Assembly: GCA_964621005.1 (NCBI GenBank)
Contig: CAZUIF010000016.1
Coordinates: 4,565 to 68,564, forward strand
Length of the DNA stretch: 64,000 nt
Source: an uncultured Rikenella sp.
Lineage (GTDB): Bacteria > Bacteroidota > Bacteroidia > Bacteroidales > VadinHA17
Direction of reading: 5' to 3'
The stretch's first letter is position 1, and every line of letters starts with the position of its first letter. Position numbers and translations under genes: made by a program. A model generated the notes under the pieces. That model was given only the letters and a program-made list of their open reading frames with translations. It was not told where the DNA came from and did no database searches. This document shows, in pieces, positions 1 to 8,470 of this stretch.

Positions 1-482
1 ACGTATTCAAGGGGGACATCATTTACCTGTGGGAAAAACTGAGTTTATGCCGTGATATAAAATCGATGAGAGATGCGTTTGAAAGTTTCTTCTCAGGTCA
101 GGCGAAAGGTTACCATCCGGACAGTTGCCTTATTGATCAGATTGTCAGACGGATGGACAAGGAAGGGGGTATGATAAGGGTATCAGAGCTATGCGATATC
201 TACAATATTACTCCCAGGTCACTCGAAAGGCACTTTCTGGATGAGACAGGAATTACTGCCAGGGAATTTCTGCAGATCTTCAGAATCAACAGGGCTATCA
301 GGATGCTTGCGGAGAAACTTGATGCCAACCTTGCGGCACTCAGTTATTTAAGCGGCTACTTTGATCAGTCACACTTCATAAGGGATATCAGAAAAATTAC
401 CGGAATCTCTCCGGGAGAGTTGCAGGCATCAGAAACAGGGAGGAAAACTGTCCATAACAGGTTATTCATTAAAAATCAGTAG
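1..482 (+). CDS. AraC/XylS-family transcriptional regulator, C-terminal HTH domain (5' end off the window)
   Basis: The frame is open from base 3, with no stop before the listed Met at 66. It shows the typical AraC double HTH (ITPRSLERHFLDETGITAREFLQIFRINRAIRML ... LSGYFDQSHFIRDIRKITGISPGEL). Confidence 0.8.
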   Translation, partial: VFKGDIIYLWEKLSLCRDIKSMRDAFESFFSGQAKGYHPDSCLIDQIVRRMDKEGGMIRVSELCDIYNITPRSLERHFLDETGITAREFLQIFRINRAIRMLAEKLDANLAALSYLSGYFDQSHFIRDIRKITGISPGELQASETGRKTVHNRLFIKNQ

Positions 483-547
483 TCTGCTCATTCAGGGCGG
501 CAAATTCCTTTGTCGCAAATTTACAATACACACGATCAGCCAGGTTA

Positions 548-555
548 TAATTTTG
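548..555 (+). promoter_or_regulatory. Candidate Bacteroidota -7 promoter box TAATTTTG (TAnnTTTG)
   Basis: Exact TAnnTTTG match 33 nt upstream of the ATG at 589. No well-spaced -33 TTTG was seen. Confidence 0.35.
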
Positions 556-588
556 GTATAGTATCTTATTAACCAAATACGTACCATT

Positions 589-1266
589 ATGAAGACATTA
601 AAACAATTTTCAAATGGGTGTGGACTAATGATATTAGTTCTGTCCTCAGTGCTGATTGCCTTGAATGGCTGCATCAAACAGGAGACTGATCTCCTGGTAT
701 CGCAGAATGAGGTGAATCTGAAGACCCTCGTTATGAATGAGGGGACTATCAACATGGAGGGTTACATGCGCTGGTCTGTTTATGCAAAGATGGAGCATCT
801 TCTCATAGCAGACCCGGATCTTATGTTCACAATGTGTAAGGCGGAATTGACATTCACCGATAAGCAGAATTTCACTCTTCACACGAAGGAGATCATCCCT
901 TTTGATCCACCAGTACTTTTCAGGGAAATGACGATTAAGGGCAAGATCACGCCGGGCGGGACAGTGATGTACAGCTGGCCGGAATCGTGGTTGGAAATGA
1001 ACTGGGCAACCGGGCAACTGGAGCCTGTACCTTATGATAATGTTGTTGCGCAGGTAAGGGCCCACACGGGATATGAGCTTTCCGGACCTGGAGTTAACAG
1101 CGGAACGCTATACTTTAAGGGATTTTTTAATGGCACAAGATTCCTTGCAGATTGCCATGCAAATGCATTCCAGGTGGAACCAGGCAATATGGGAGCACCC
1201 TATGATGTCGTGGTTGATGGCCCGATATTATTCAGCATGAGTACCGAGCTTGAAGTGGTCGAGTAA
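589..1266 (+). CDS. Hypothetical lipoprotein
   Basis: N-terminal signal peptide ending in a lipobox-like LIALNGC. I recognised no family motif. Confidence 0.55.
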   Translation: MKTLKQFSNGCGLMILVLSSVLIALNGCIKQETDLLVSQNEVNLKTLVMNEGTINMEGYMRWSVYAKMEHLLIADPDLMFTMCKAELTFTDKQNFTLHTKEIIPFDPPVLFREMTIKGKITPGGTVMYSWPESWLEMNWATGQLEPVPYDNVVAQVRAHTGYELSGPGVNSGTLYFKGFFNGTRFLADCHANAFQVEPGNMGAPYDVVVDGPILFSMSTELEVVE

Positions 1267-1312
1267 TCAGGTAATATTTATGGTAAATATCGTAACTGCC
1301 TGATATGATGAG

Positions 1313-1343
1313 CCCCCGGAAATCAGATCCGGGGGTTGTGTTT
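1313..1343 (+). terminator. Rho-independent terminator hairpin
   Basis: Perfect 8-bp stem cccccgga (1313-1320) / tccggggg (1328-1335) with a 7-nt loop, followed by ttgtgttt. It lies between convergent genes. Confidence 0.6.
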
Positions 1344-1423
1344 AGCCGGCATCACCGGTGCAGCATTATAGCAACAAAATACAGAGATGCCAGTCAGTCA
1401 GTTCCGGGAGTAACAGCAGGTAT

Positions 1424-2203
1424 TTAATTTGCTTTCGGAAACCAGGGAAAAAAAGAACTTGTCTTCTGAATGTATTCCCGGTACTGAGGTTTTGAGGCTA
1501 TTAAAGTCTTCTCCAGCATTGTAACCCCTGACACCCTGATGATCAGCAGTGTCATAACAACGGATCCGGCTACCTGCCAGTAACCCCCGGCCGCAATACT
1601 GATGATGGCATAGGCCCACCACACTGCCGAATCACCAAAATAATTGGGATGGCGCGTATACCTCCAGAACCCGGTATCCAGCACTTTTCCCTTATTTTCC
1701 GGGTTCCGCCTGAACCGCCATAGCTGAAAATCTCCGCCGGCTTCGAAAGTAAAACCGATCAGCCAGACAGTTATTCCCAGGTAATCGAGCAGGTTGAGGC
1801 TTCCCTGGCCGGAGCTGCCACTGATACCCAGCAACGGAAACGACACAATCATAATCAGGAATCCCTGTAACAGGAATGTCTGGAAGTAGCTGATCCACCA
1901 GTACCGGTCATTGCCGTAATTGCTCCTGAACTGCCGGTACCTGAAATCCTCTCCCTTGCCGATATTCCTTATCGCAAGGTGTATGGCAAGCCTTAGTCCC
2001 CATACAGTAACCAGGACCAGGATCAGAACCTTCCTCGGATTCAGGTCACCCGTGCCAAAAACGTAAAGCAGATTTACCGCCACAAAACCGAGTCCCCAGA
2101 AAATGTCCACGATGCTGACATTTTTTATCAGGATGCTCCATATCCACAGCAGGGTGACCAGTATCCAGATCAGCAATGAAGCGTGCAGGAACAGGGAGGT
2201 CAT
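1424..2203 (-). CDS. DUF1295 / steroid 5-alpha-reductase-like (ICMT-like) integral membrane enzyme
   Basis: Multi-TM protein with the RHPNYFGDSAVWWAYAI signature near the C-terminus. I chose the start at internal Met 2203 (MTSLFLH...) because the longer ORF to 2260 overlaps the upstream gene. Confidence 0.7.
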   Translation of the reverse strand: MTSLFLHASLLIWILVTLLWIWSILIKNVSIVDIFWGLGFVAVNLLYVFGTGDLNPRKVLILVLVTVWGLRLAIHLAIRNIGKGEDFRYRQFRSNYGNDRYWWISYFQTFLLQGFLIMIVSFPLLGISGSSGQGSLNLLDYLGITVWLIGFTFEAGGDFQLWRFRRNPENKGKVLDTGFWRYTRHPNYFGDSAVWWAYAIISIAAGGYWQVAGSVVMTLLIIRVSGVTMLEKTLIASKPQYREYIQKTSSFFPWFPKAN

Positions 2204-2213
2204 TGACGAGGTA

Positions 2214-4013
2214 TCAGTTGTTGAACAAAAGAGAGACGGCAACAGCACCGTTACCGGCATGGATGCCGATGGCAGGGGATATATCCACCGTGGATACCGG
2301 TCTCAGGCCGGTCATCTCAAACATCTTCTCCCCGGCCTTTTCCGCACCTTCCGGGTTATGGGCATGCATGATAATGTAGTTCCAGACGCTCTTACCTTCG
2401 CCGGTCTTTTTTATGTGCCTGTAGATTTTATTCAGGCTTGCCTCCTGGCTGAAGGTTTTGCCAAACAGTATCGATTTTCCGTTTTCATCAACTGAAATGA
2501 CAGGATTCAGGCCGAGTACACTTGCAATTATCCCCTTTGGTTTTGACACCCTGCCTCCCCTGATCAGGTACTTCAGATTGCGGACGCTCACGAATATTTT
2601 TGACCGGAGTATATCCTCCCGGACTGAACCGAGGATTGATTCCACCTGTTCCCCGGCCTCAATTCTCTGTGCTGTTTTCAACACCATCAAACCGAGTGCA
2701 CCTGACAGGTTCTTTGAGTCAAATACATGTACCGGCTTGCCGAATTCCTCTGATATCCGCCTGCCGGCCTTTGCGCTGTTTGCATATGTCCCGCTGAACT
2801 GGCTTGAAAGATGAATAGCAATGATTGCATCGTAGTGAGAAGCCAGGTGTGAGAACAGATTGGTAAATGCCTGTTCGTTTACCTGGGATGTTTTTGGAGA
2901 ATCTGCATGTTTATCAAGCAGATCGTAAAACTGGTCGGGCTGGATTGTCACCTTGTCAAGGTAATGGCTGTCGCCGAAATTAAGGTTTATGGGGACCATG
3001 TGGATCTGGTATTGGTCAATAAGTTCCTTCGGCAGGTCGCATGTCGAGTCGGTTACCAGTGCGATATTCCATTTACGCCTGGATGCTGTCTCCTGCTGGC
3101 GTACCATATCGTCAACCTTCTGGAAGGTGATTGTCCCGAGATCATTCAACATGTGGAAAAGGCCGGCAGGATTGTTGGAATGCACATGAATCCTGCACAT
3201 GCTTCCCGATCCGGCCACAACCACCGAATTGCCGTTATCGTTTAATATACCCTGCAGTTCAGGAATGCCGATCTTCAGGTTCCTGATAATTGCTTCGGTG
3301 CAGTACCGGTGTGTGATTTCCTCCGATCCTGCCTCTTCGGTATGAACGAGTGAGATACTTTCTTCCGGAGCCACAACAAGGTTGCGCACATTCCGGTTTA
3401 TGATGAAATTTATTATTCCCTTGATAAATAAGACGAAGCCTTTAGCTCCGGCATCCACAAACCCTGTTTTATTGAGCGCTTTCAGTTTTTCCGTGGTTTC
3501 GGCGAGTGACCTTTCAAGCACTTCGATTGATTCGATGATCACTTTCCTGAAATCATGGATGGCCTCTTTCCTTGCGTTCAGGAAGTCGGACCAGTCCCTT
3601 ATCACCGTCAGCATGGTTCCCTCAACCGGGTTGGCGATGGCCTGGTAGATATAGGGGATTGATCGTTTTACGCTTTCAGCGAACTCAGGGAGAGTGATAA
3701 CCGGTTTGTTCAGGGTTTCCCTGCTCAGGCCGTGCAGGAACTGGGCAAAAATAACGCCTGAATTGCCACGGGCGCCCATCAACGCCGCATCCGCGATATT
3801 GCCAACAGTGGTTTTAAAGGATTTGTGAGGTCTTATGTTGTCAATTACTGACCTTACCGTGGAGGCAAGGTTTGTACCGGTATCATTGTCATTTACCGGG
3901 AAAACATTTATCCTGTTTATCTCCTTCTGGTTCTGAAGTATTTCCTTTCCTCCCGCAATAAATGCATAGTAGAGGAATTTTCCGTTTATATGAGGTGCTT
4001 CTGCTGTATACAT
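2214..4013 (-). CDS. DAK2 (DhaL-like) domain fused to a DegV fatty-acid-binding domain (fatty-acid-kinase-like fusion)
   Basis: The N-terminus has a Dak2-like NDNDTGTNLASTV and GARGNSGVI. The C-terminal half starts with the classic DegV motif IALVTDSTCDLPKELIDQYQIHMVPINLNFGDSHYLD. Confidence 0.8.
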   Translation of the reverse strand: MYTAEAPHINGKFLYYAFIAGGKEILQNQKEINRINVFPVNDNDTGTNLASTVRSVIDNIRPHKSFKTTVGNIADAALMGARGNSGVIFAQFLHGLSRETLNKPVITLPEFAESVKRSIPYIYQAIANPVEGTMLTVIRDWSDFLNARKEAIHDFRKVIIESIEVLERSLAETTEKLKALNKTGFVDAGAKGFVLFIKGIINFIINRNVRNLVVAPEESISLVHTEEAGSEEITHRYCTEAIIRNLKIGIPELQGILNDNGNSVVVAGSGSMCRIHVHSNNPAGLFHMLNDLGTITFQKVDDMVRQQETASRRKWNIALVTDSTCDLPKELIDQYQIHMVPINLNFGDSHYLDKVTIQPDQFYDLLDKHADSPKTSQVNEQAFTNLFSHLASHYDAIIAIHLSSQFSGTYANSAKAGRRISEEFGKPVHVFDSKNLSGALGLMVLKTAQRIEAGEQVESILGSVREDILRSKIFVSVRNLKYLIRGGRVSKPKGIIASVLGLNPVISVDENGKSILFGKTFSQEASLNKIYRHIKKTGEGKSVWNYIIMHAHNPEGAEKAGEKMFEMTGLRPVSTVDISPAIGIHAGNGAVAVSLLFNN

Positions 4014-4109
4014 TTCTTAGCCGTTCAAACAGACTGCAATATTACTTTCCATTTCAATCCGGTTTGCATTTATTGTAAATGTCAGCATTGCTTTAACGCT
4101 GGCAGCGGA

Positions 4110-5012
4110 TTATTCAAGTGCCTTAACCCCGTCATTTCCAATGACGAAAACCCGTATGGCATCTCTCCTGACCGAGACGAGAAGTGCATCACCGGCCCTT
4201 TCACCTCTCTGCGGCGAGCCGGCGATGAACACATCATATCCACGCCAGGTATATGCATCAATCTGGTGATTGTGTCCGTGAAAAATTCCGGAAATCCCTG
4301 AATCCCGGAGGGCATTGTAAAATCTGTCCTGTTCGGCGGGAGTCCACCATAGATTGCTGAAGTCGTCCCATCCGTAATGGAAGAAAAGAAACACCGGCAG
4401 ATTCCTGCCTTCCCTGTTATGTTTCAGCGCGCTTTCCAGAAACGTCAGGCTGCCGTCAGCCTCCCTGAAAGATTCCTTGAAGTAGTGGCACCATTCGCAT
4501 GCCGGATCCCACTCGTCACCCGGATAACTTCCGAGTACGATGAACAGGTATCCCTTCTTCTCCACAGCATAATGCAGCCCGTTTTCAGATATCATTACGA
4601 CATCCTTTCTAAGAGGGTTTCTGCTTCGGATACCTTCACGGACCGCTCCGTTCACTCCTCCGTCATGATTCCCGAAGGTCTCATATACAGGCATTTGAAG
4701 GACGCCCTCACCGTGAAGCCCGAAGACCTCTTCAAATTCCTTCCAGGCTTCAGGTGTTCCGCTGTCGGTCAGATCACCGGTAACAAACAGGGCAATTGGT
4801 TTGCTGACAGACTGGCCGGTGCTGTCACGGATCATCTTGCTGGCATTATTTGCCAGGTAGAACATGGAGTCCCGGATCTCCTTCTGCAAGGGATTTCCTC
4901 CCTGCAGATGGACATCAGACATCACAACGAATGAAAACCGCTGGCTGCTGCATCCTGAAAGGACCGCGACACCGAGTAAACCTGCGAATATTATCCTGAA
5001 TGGGATTTTCAT
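4110..5012 (-). CDS. Calcineurin-like metallophosphoesterase lipoprotein
   Basis: Lipobox LSGCSS. Metallophosphatase motifs VVMSDVHL, GDLTDSG, GNHD and GHNH are present. Confidence 0.8.
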   Translation of the reverse strand: MKIPFRIIFAGLLGVAVLSGCSSQRFSFVVMSDVHLQGGNPLQKEIRDSMFYLANNASKMIRDSTGQSVSKPIALFVTGDLTDSGTPEAWKEFEEVFGLHGEGVLQMPVYETFGNHDGGVNGAVREGIRSRNPLRKDVVMISENGLHYAVEKKGYLFIVLGSYPGDEWDPACEWCHYFKESFREADGSLTFLESALKHNREGRNLPVFLFFHYGWDDFSNLWWTPAEQDRFYNALRDSGISGIFHGHNHQIDAYTWRGYDVFIAGSPQRGERAGDALLVSVRRDAIRVFVIGNDGVKALE

Positions 5013-5019
5013 GGTTGTA

Positions 5020-5178
5020 TCATATTCTTTTTTCCTGCATTATCCTTCGAACCTTGCTGACGCAGGAAGGCAGGAAATTATATTCGGGAGCTTTCCGGTT
5101 ATAAACCTCGAGACCCGGTTCAAGTGTGTCAGCAATGGTGCCGTCAAAATCAAATATGGTATAATCTGCATCTTTCAT
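5020..5178 (-). pseudogene. Truncated HAD-superfamily phosphatase remnant (N-terminal ~52 codons only)
   Basis: Hand translation of the minus strand gives MKDADYTIFDFDGTIADTLEPGLEVYNRKAPEYNFLPSCVSKVRRIMQEKRI*. It carries HAD motif I (DFDGTIADT). Full-length HAD phosphatases are about 200 aa. The stop at 5020 lies 8 nt before the metallophosphoesterase start. Confidence 0.5.
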
Positions 5179-5387
5179 GGGCGCCAAAGTTACAGATTAT
5201 TCAGGTGGGATTTCCCGGCACCTCTTCCGTGCTCAGCCAGTCGACATTACCTTGCTGTTCGTCGACGGAACATAAGCAATCAGTTGCAGTCTGAGGCAAA
5301 CCTGTGCTCTTTCGGGAGCTTCAGGCCCTGCGGGGGAATACCGGCGGAGGACGGGTTATCGACGGAGGATATAATCTTTTTTTATTT

Positions 5388-5395
5388 TATCTTTG
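5388..5395 (+). promoter_or_regulatory. Candidate -7 promoter box TATCTTTG
   Basis: Exact TAnnTTTG, 85 nt upstream of the ATG at 5480, preceded by a T-rich tract. Confidence 0.3.
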
Positions 5396-5479
5396 GTATA
5401 GCCCAAGAGTCTGCACCTTAAATACCGAAAAAATGATCTGAACAGGAGAAAGGAATTTCCCGGGGAAGATGATCCAGAA

Positions 5480-7474
5480 ATGATGCAAATACACAAACTC
5501 ACAATTAGATACATAATCTTCGGATTGGTGATTGTATTCACGACAGCGGGCCTGTTTTCACAGGGATTCACCAGCGCGGATGGATTATGGACCCGTCTGC
5601 CGGGATCACTGGTTCAGCAGATGGATGATGACAGGGACAACATTTCCGGTTTAAGGCCTGCGGCTTCATTACCATATATTCCTGCTGACACGGTGAAGGC
5701 CGATCCGGTGCCCTTCACGGGGAAAATTATTCTTGACTACACCAGCGGGCACCAGGCGGAGTGGGCGGACTTTGACCGAGACGGTGACATGGATATCCTG
5801 ATGGTTTATGAAAAGGAAGTCGGTGGATACGATATAAGGTACACCGGGATCATGGTAAATGAAACCGACACACTCATTGAAATGGAGCTGCCGTTACGGC
5901 CGATATATTCAGGATATCTGAATTTCGGATCCGCAAACTGGTTTGACTATGACGGTGACGGGTTACAGGATATATTCCTGGTAAAATTTGATCAGCTTAA
6001 GCCGAAGATGTGGGTGTATAAAAACAACGGAGACAGGACTTTCCGGAATATCATGTGTGACAGCCTGCTGACAATCGATCCCTTCAGACGGGCTCCTTCA
6101 TTTGCTGACTATGACAATGACGGGGACCTGGACATCCTGATAACAGGGAAGAACCAAACCACAAATGCCACCGAGGCAATTATCTGTGAGAACGCGGGCA
6201 GCGGCAGGTTCACACCCGTACTGATTCAGAACATGACCGGCATTGTCAAGTCGAGGATGCCGTGGTGCGACTTCAACAACGACGGGTACATTGATTTCAT
6301 GGCCAATGTGCCAAAGCCTGACCATACTGCATATCTGTCAGTCTATAAAAACAACGGAGACAGGACTTTCACCCGGATCAGTTATGAAAATCTGGCGGGC
6401 CTGAATGAATATGATGCAAATAACGGTGATATGAGATGGAGCGACTGCAACAGTGACGGTTTTGCAGACATACTGATTTGCGGGGGCAGTTCAGGCTCGA
6501 GCGGGACGGGTATTGCCAGGGTTTACATCAACAACGGTAATGAGACATTCACTGATACAGGTCCGGCCGGCATCTGGTCACTGTACGGGAATGTCTCCCT
6601 GGAGTGGGGTGATTTCAACAATGACGGTATGCCTGACGTTATGCATGCCGGCGTACACAATGTCGACGGCGAGTCTTACAAAACAAGGATTTTCTACAAT
6701 AATAGCGGAACCTTCGTGAAAGGTGAGTATGATTCATTTTTACCGGTAGACCAGCTCAGCATGTCAACAGCTGCTGATTATGACAACGACGGTGATCTGG
6801 ATGTGCTGGTGCAGGGCCAGAATCCCATTTCTCATCCGCAGATTGCCCTGTACCTTAATTTCCAACCGGTAAGCAACAGCAGGCCGGAGGCTCCCTCAGG
6901 TCTCAGTGAAGAGTATGACGGCAACGAGGTTACCCTGCGCTGGAACCGGGCATCCGACAAGGAGACTCCGGCTCCGGGTCTGTCGTACAATGTATGTCTC
7001 ATGAGTGCAACAGATACAATCATCTCTCCGGCTGCCCTCGGGACTGGCAGGCGGACAATTGTGGGTATCGGTAATGCCGGATACAACAATTTCCTGAAAA
7101 TCAAAAATCTCCGGACAGGAACATATACCTGGTGCGTGCAGAGTATAGATAACTGTTATGATGGCTCGTCATTTACGGCCCTGAAAACGTTCAGCCATGT
7201 AAATACCGGAGTGTCACAGATTGAAGAGCCCTGCCTGCCGGGCCTGGAGGTATTTCCGAACCCGGTTTCAGACAGGATGACCGTATCAGTTCAAAGTTCA
7301 GCCGGAAGAAAATGCAGGATTGTGATTTCGGATATTTCAGGCCGACAGCTTAAAAACATACGGGAAGCCGAACTTCCGTACGAAACCGGCACCGGATCCC
7401 TGCGGCCCGGTGTTTATATTGTGACTGTAACTCTGGACGGAATGAATCTTGAGGCCAGGTTTCTGAAGGTCTGA
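5480..7474 (+). CDS. FG-GAP/VCBS repeat protein with FN3-like domain and T9SS type A C-terminal sorting domain
   Basis: Repeated Ca-binding FG-GAP motifs (FADYDNDGDLDIL, AADYDNDGDLDVL, WGDFNNDGMPDV, WFDYDGDGLQDIF). The C-terminus is LEVFPNPVSDRMTVSV...GVYIVTVTLDGMNLEARFLKV. Confidence 0.8.
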   Translation: MMQIHKLTIRYIIFGLVIVFTTAGLFSQGFTSADGLWTRLPGSLVQQMDDDRDNISGLRPAASLPYIPADTVKADPVPFTGKIILDYTSGHQAEWADFDRDGDMDILMVYEKEVGGYDIRYTGIMVNETDTLIEMELPLRPIYSGYLNFGSANWFDYDGDGLQDIFLVKFDQLKPKMWVYKNNGDRTFRNIMCDSLLTIDPFRRAPSFADYDNDGDLDILITGKNQTTNATEAIICENAGSGRFTPVLIQNMTGIVKSRMPWCDFNNDGYIDFMANVPKPDHTAYLSVYKNNGDRTFTRISYENLAGLNEYDANNGDMRWSDCNSDGFADILICGGSSGSSGTGIARVYINNGNETFTDTGPAGIWSLYGNVSLEWGDFNNDGMPDVMHAGVHNVDGESYKTRIFYNNSGTFVKGEYDSFLPVDQLSMSTAADYDNDGDLDVLVQGQNPISHPQIALYLNFQPVSNSRPEAPSGLSEEYDGNEVTLRWNRASDKETPAPGLSYNVCLMSATDTIISPAALGTGRRTIVGIGNAGYNNFLKIKNLRTGTYTWCVQSIDNCYDGSSFTALKTFSHVNTGVSQIEEPCLPGLEVFPNPVSDRMTVSVQSSAGRKCRIVISDISGRQLKNIREAELPYETGTGSLRPGVYIVTVTLDGMNLEARFLKV

Positions 7475-7478
7475 CCGG

Positions 7479-8429
7479 CTATTCAAAGGAGAGCCTGGTA
7501 ACACCGCACCGGGCAGTAGCAAACCATATATTCCCGCCGGGTTCAATTGTGATATCGGTAATCTGGTTTTCAGCCAGGCCGTCTGAATCGGTATAGGTGG
7601 TCCAGGTGGTGCCGTCAAGCAGAGTAACACCGTCAGTGGTTCCAAACCATTTCCTCCCCTGAGAATCGACTGCAATGGCATATACGGCATTGCCGGCAAG
7701 TCCGTCAGAGTCGCGGTATACTGTAAAACCGGAGCCATCATAAAGAACTGCCCCGTAAACGGTTGCTATCCACACATTGCCTTCCCTGTCAGGAGTAATG
7801 TCATTGATTATGTGCTTGACCGGGCCGGCTGGTCTGTCAAAATTATACCAGTTGGTTCCATCAAACATGGACACTGATCCGGACACTGATCCAAACCACA
7901 TATTTCCCACTGAATCTTCTGCGATGGCGGTGACTGTATCACTCAAAAGGCCGTCAGCTCGGGTATAAACGGTCCATTCAGTACCGTCATACATTACTGC
8001 TGCACCGCGGGTGCCAAACCACATGTTGCCGTCCGAATCACCTGTTACAGCTAGTACATCATCCCCGGGAAATCCGCTGGAGGTATTGAAACCTGTCCAT
8101 GTGACGCCGTCAAACTTTACAACTCCCGATCCCAGAGTGCCAATCCACCTGTTATCGTCACTGTCAACCTCAATATCGAAAATGAACCCGCAGTTAAGCT
8201 CCTCCGGAACGGAATAGGTAGTCCATGCCAGGTCGTCATAGCAGGATATCTTCCTGATGCCGCAGGCAATCCACTTTCTCCCTTTTGAATCAATGGCTAT
8301 TCCGGTTACCTGGTTATTTCCGAGTCCGTCTCCGGTCCCGAAGGTCCTCCAGGCCGGCTCGGCAGGGCCCTTGCTGCACTGTGCCACCGTAAGCATGACA
8401 AAAAGAAGGGGAATGACCCGTGAGACCAT
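7479..8429 (-). CDS. Stand-alone two-component-regulator-propeller (Reg_prop) repeat lipoprotein
   Basis: About 6-7 repeats of the pattern GT..G....DG..WT.YT..DGL..N.V..IA.DS.GN.WFGT. Signal and lipobox MVSRVIPLLFVMLTVAQCS if the start is at 8429. The longer ORF to 8474 overlaps the upstream gene by 4 nt. Confidence 0.7.
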   Translation of the reverse strand: MVSRVIPLLFVMLTVAQCSKGPAEPAWRTFGTGDGLGNNQVTGIAIDSKGRKWIACGIRKISCYDDLAWTTYSVPEELNCGFIFDIEVDSDDNRWIGTLGSGVVKFDGVTWTGFNTSSGFPGDDVLAVTGDSDGNMWFGTRGAAVMYDGTEWTVYTRADGLLSDTVTAIAEDSVGNMWFGSVSGSVSMFDGTNWYNFDRPAGPVKHIINDITPDREGNVWIATVYGAVLYDGSGFTVYRDSDGLAGNAVYAIAVDSQGRKWFGTTDGVTLLDGTTWTTYTDSDGLAENQITDITIEPGGNIWFATARCGVTRLSFE

Positions 8430-8470
8430 ACCAGACTTGCCGGTACATTCCCGGCCTGAGAAAGAGCATA

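Noticed and set aside
500-521. Direct repeat GCAAATT-N8-GCAAATT downstream of the AraC gene, as a possible AraC operator
   Set aside because: Only 7 bp per copy in an AT-rich spacer, which is easily chance. I know of no consensus for this regulator.
4377-5421. Two 185-aa plus-strand ORFs (4377-4934 and 4864-5421)
   Set aside because: The first is antisense to the metallophosphoesterase, which has all four catalytic motifs. The second runs across the divergent spacer and the HAD remnant and has no signal or motif.
5179-5479. Possible riboswitch or ncRNA in the long spacer upstream of the HAD remnant
   Set aside because: I saw only a short hairpin (gCUCU-UUCG-GGAGc near 5300-5313) and no motif I recognise from known riboswitch classes. 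It needs an Infernal/Rfam scan, so I make no call.
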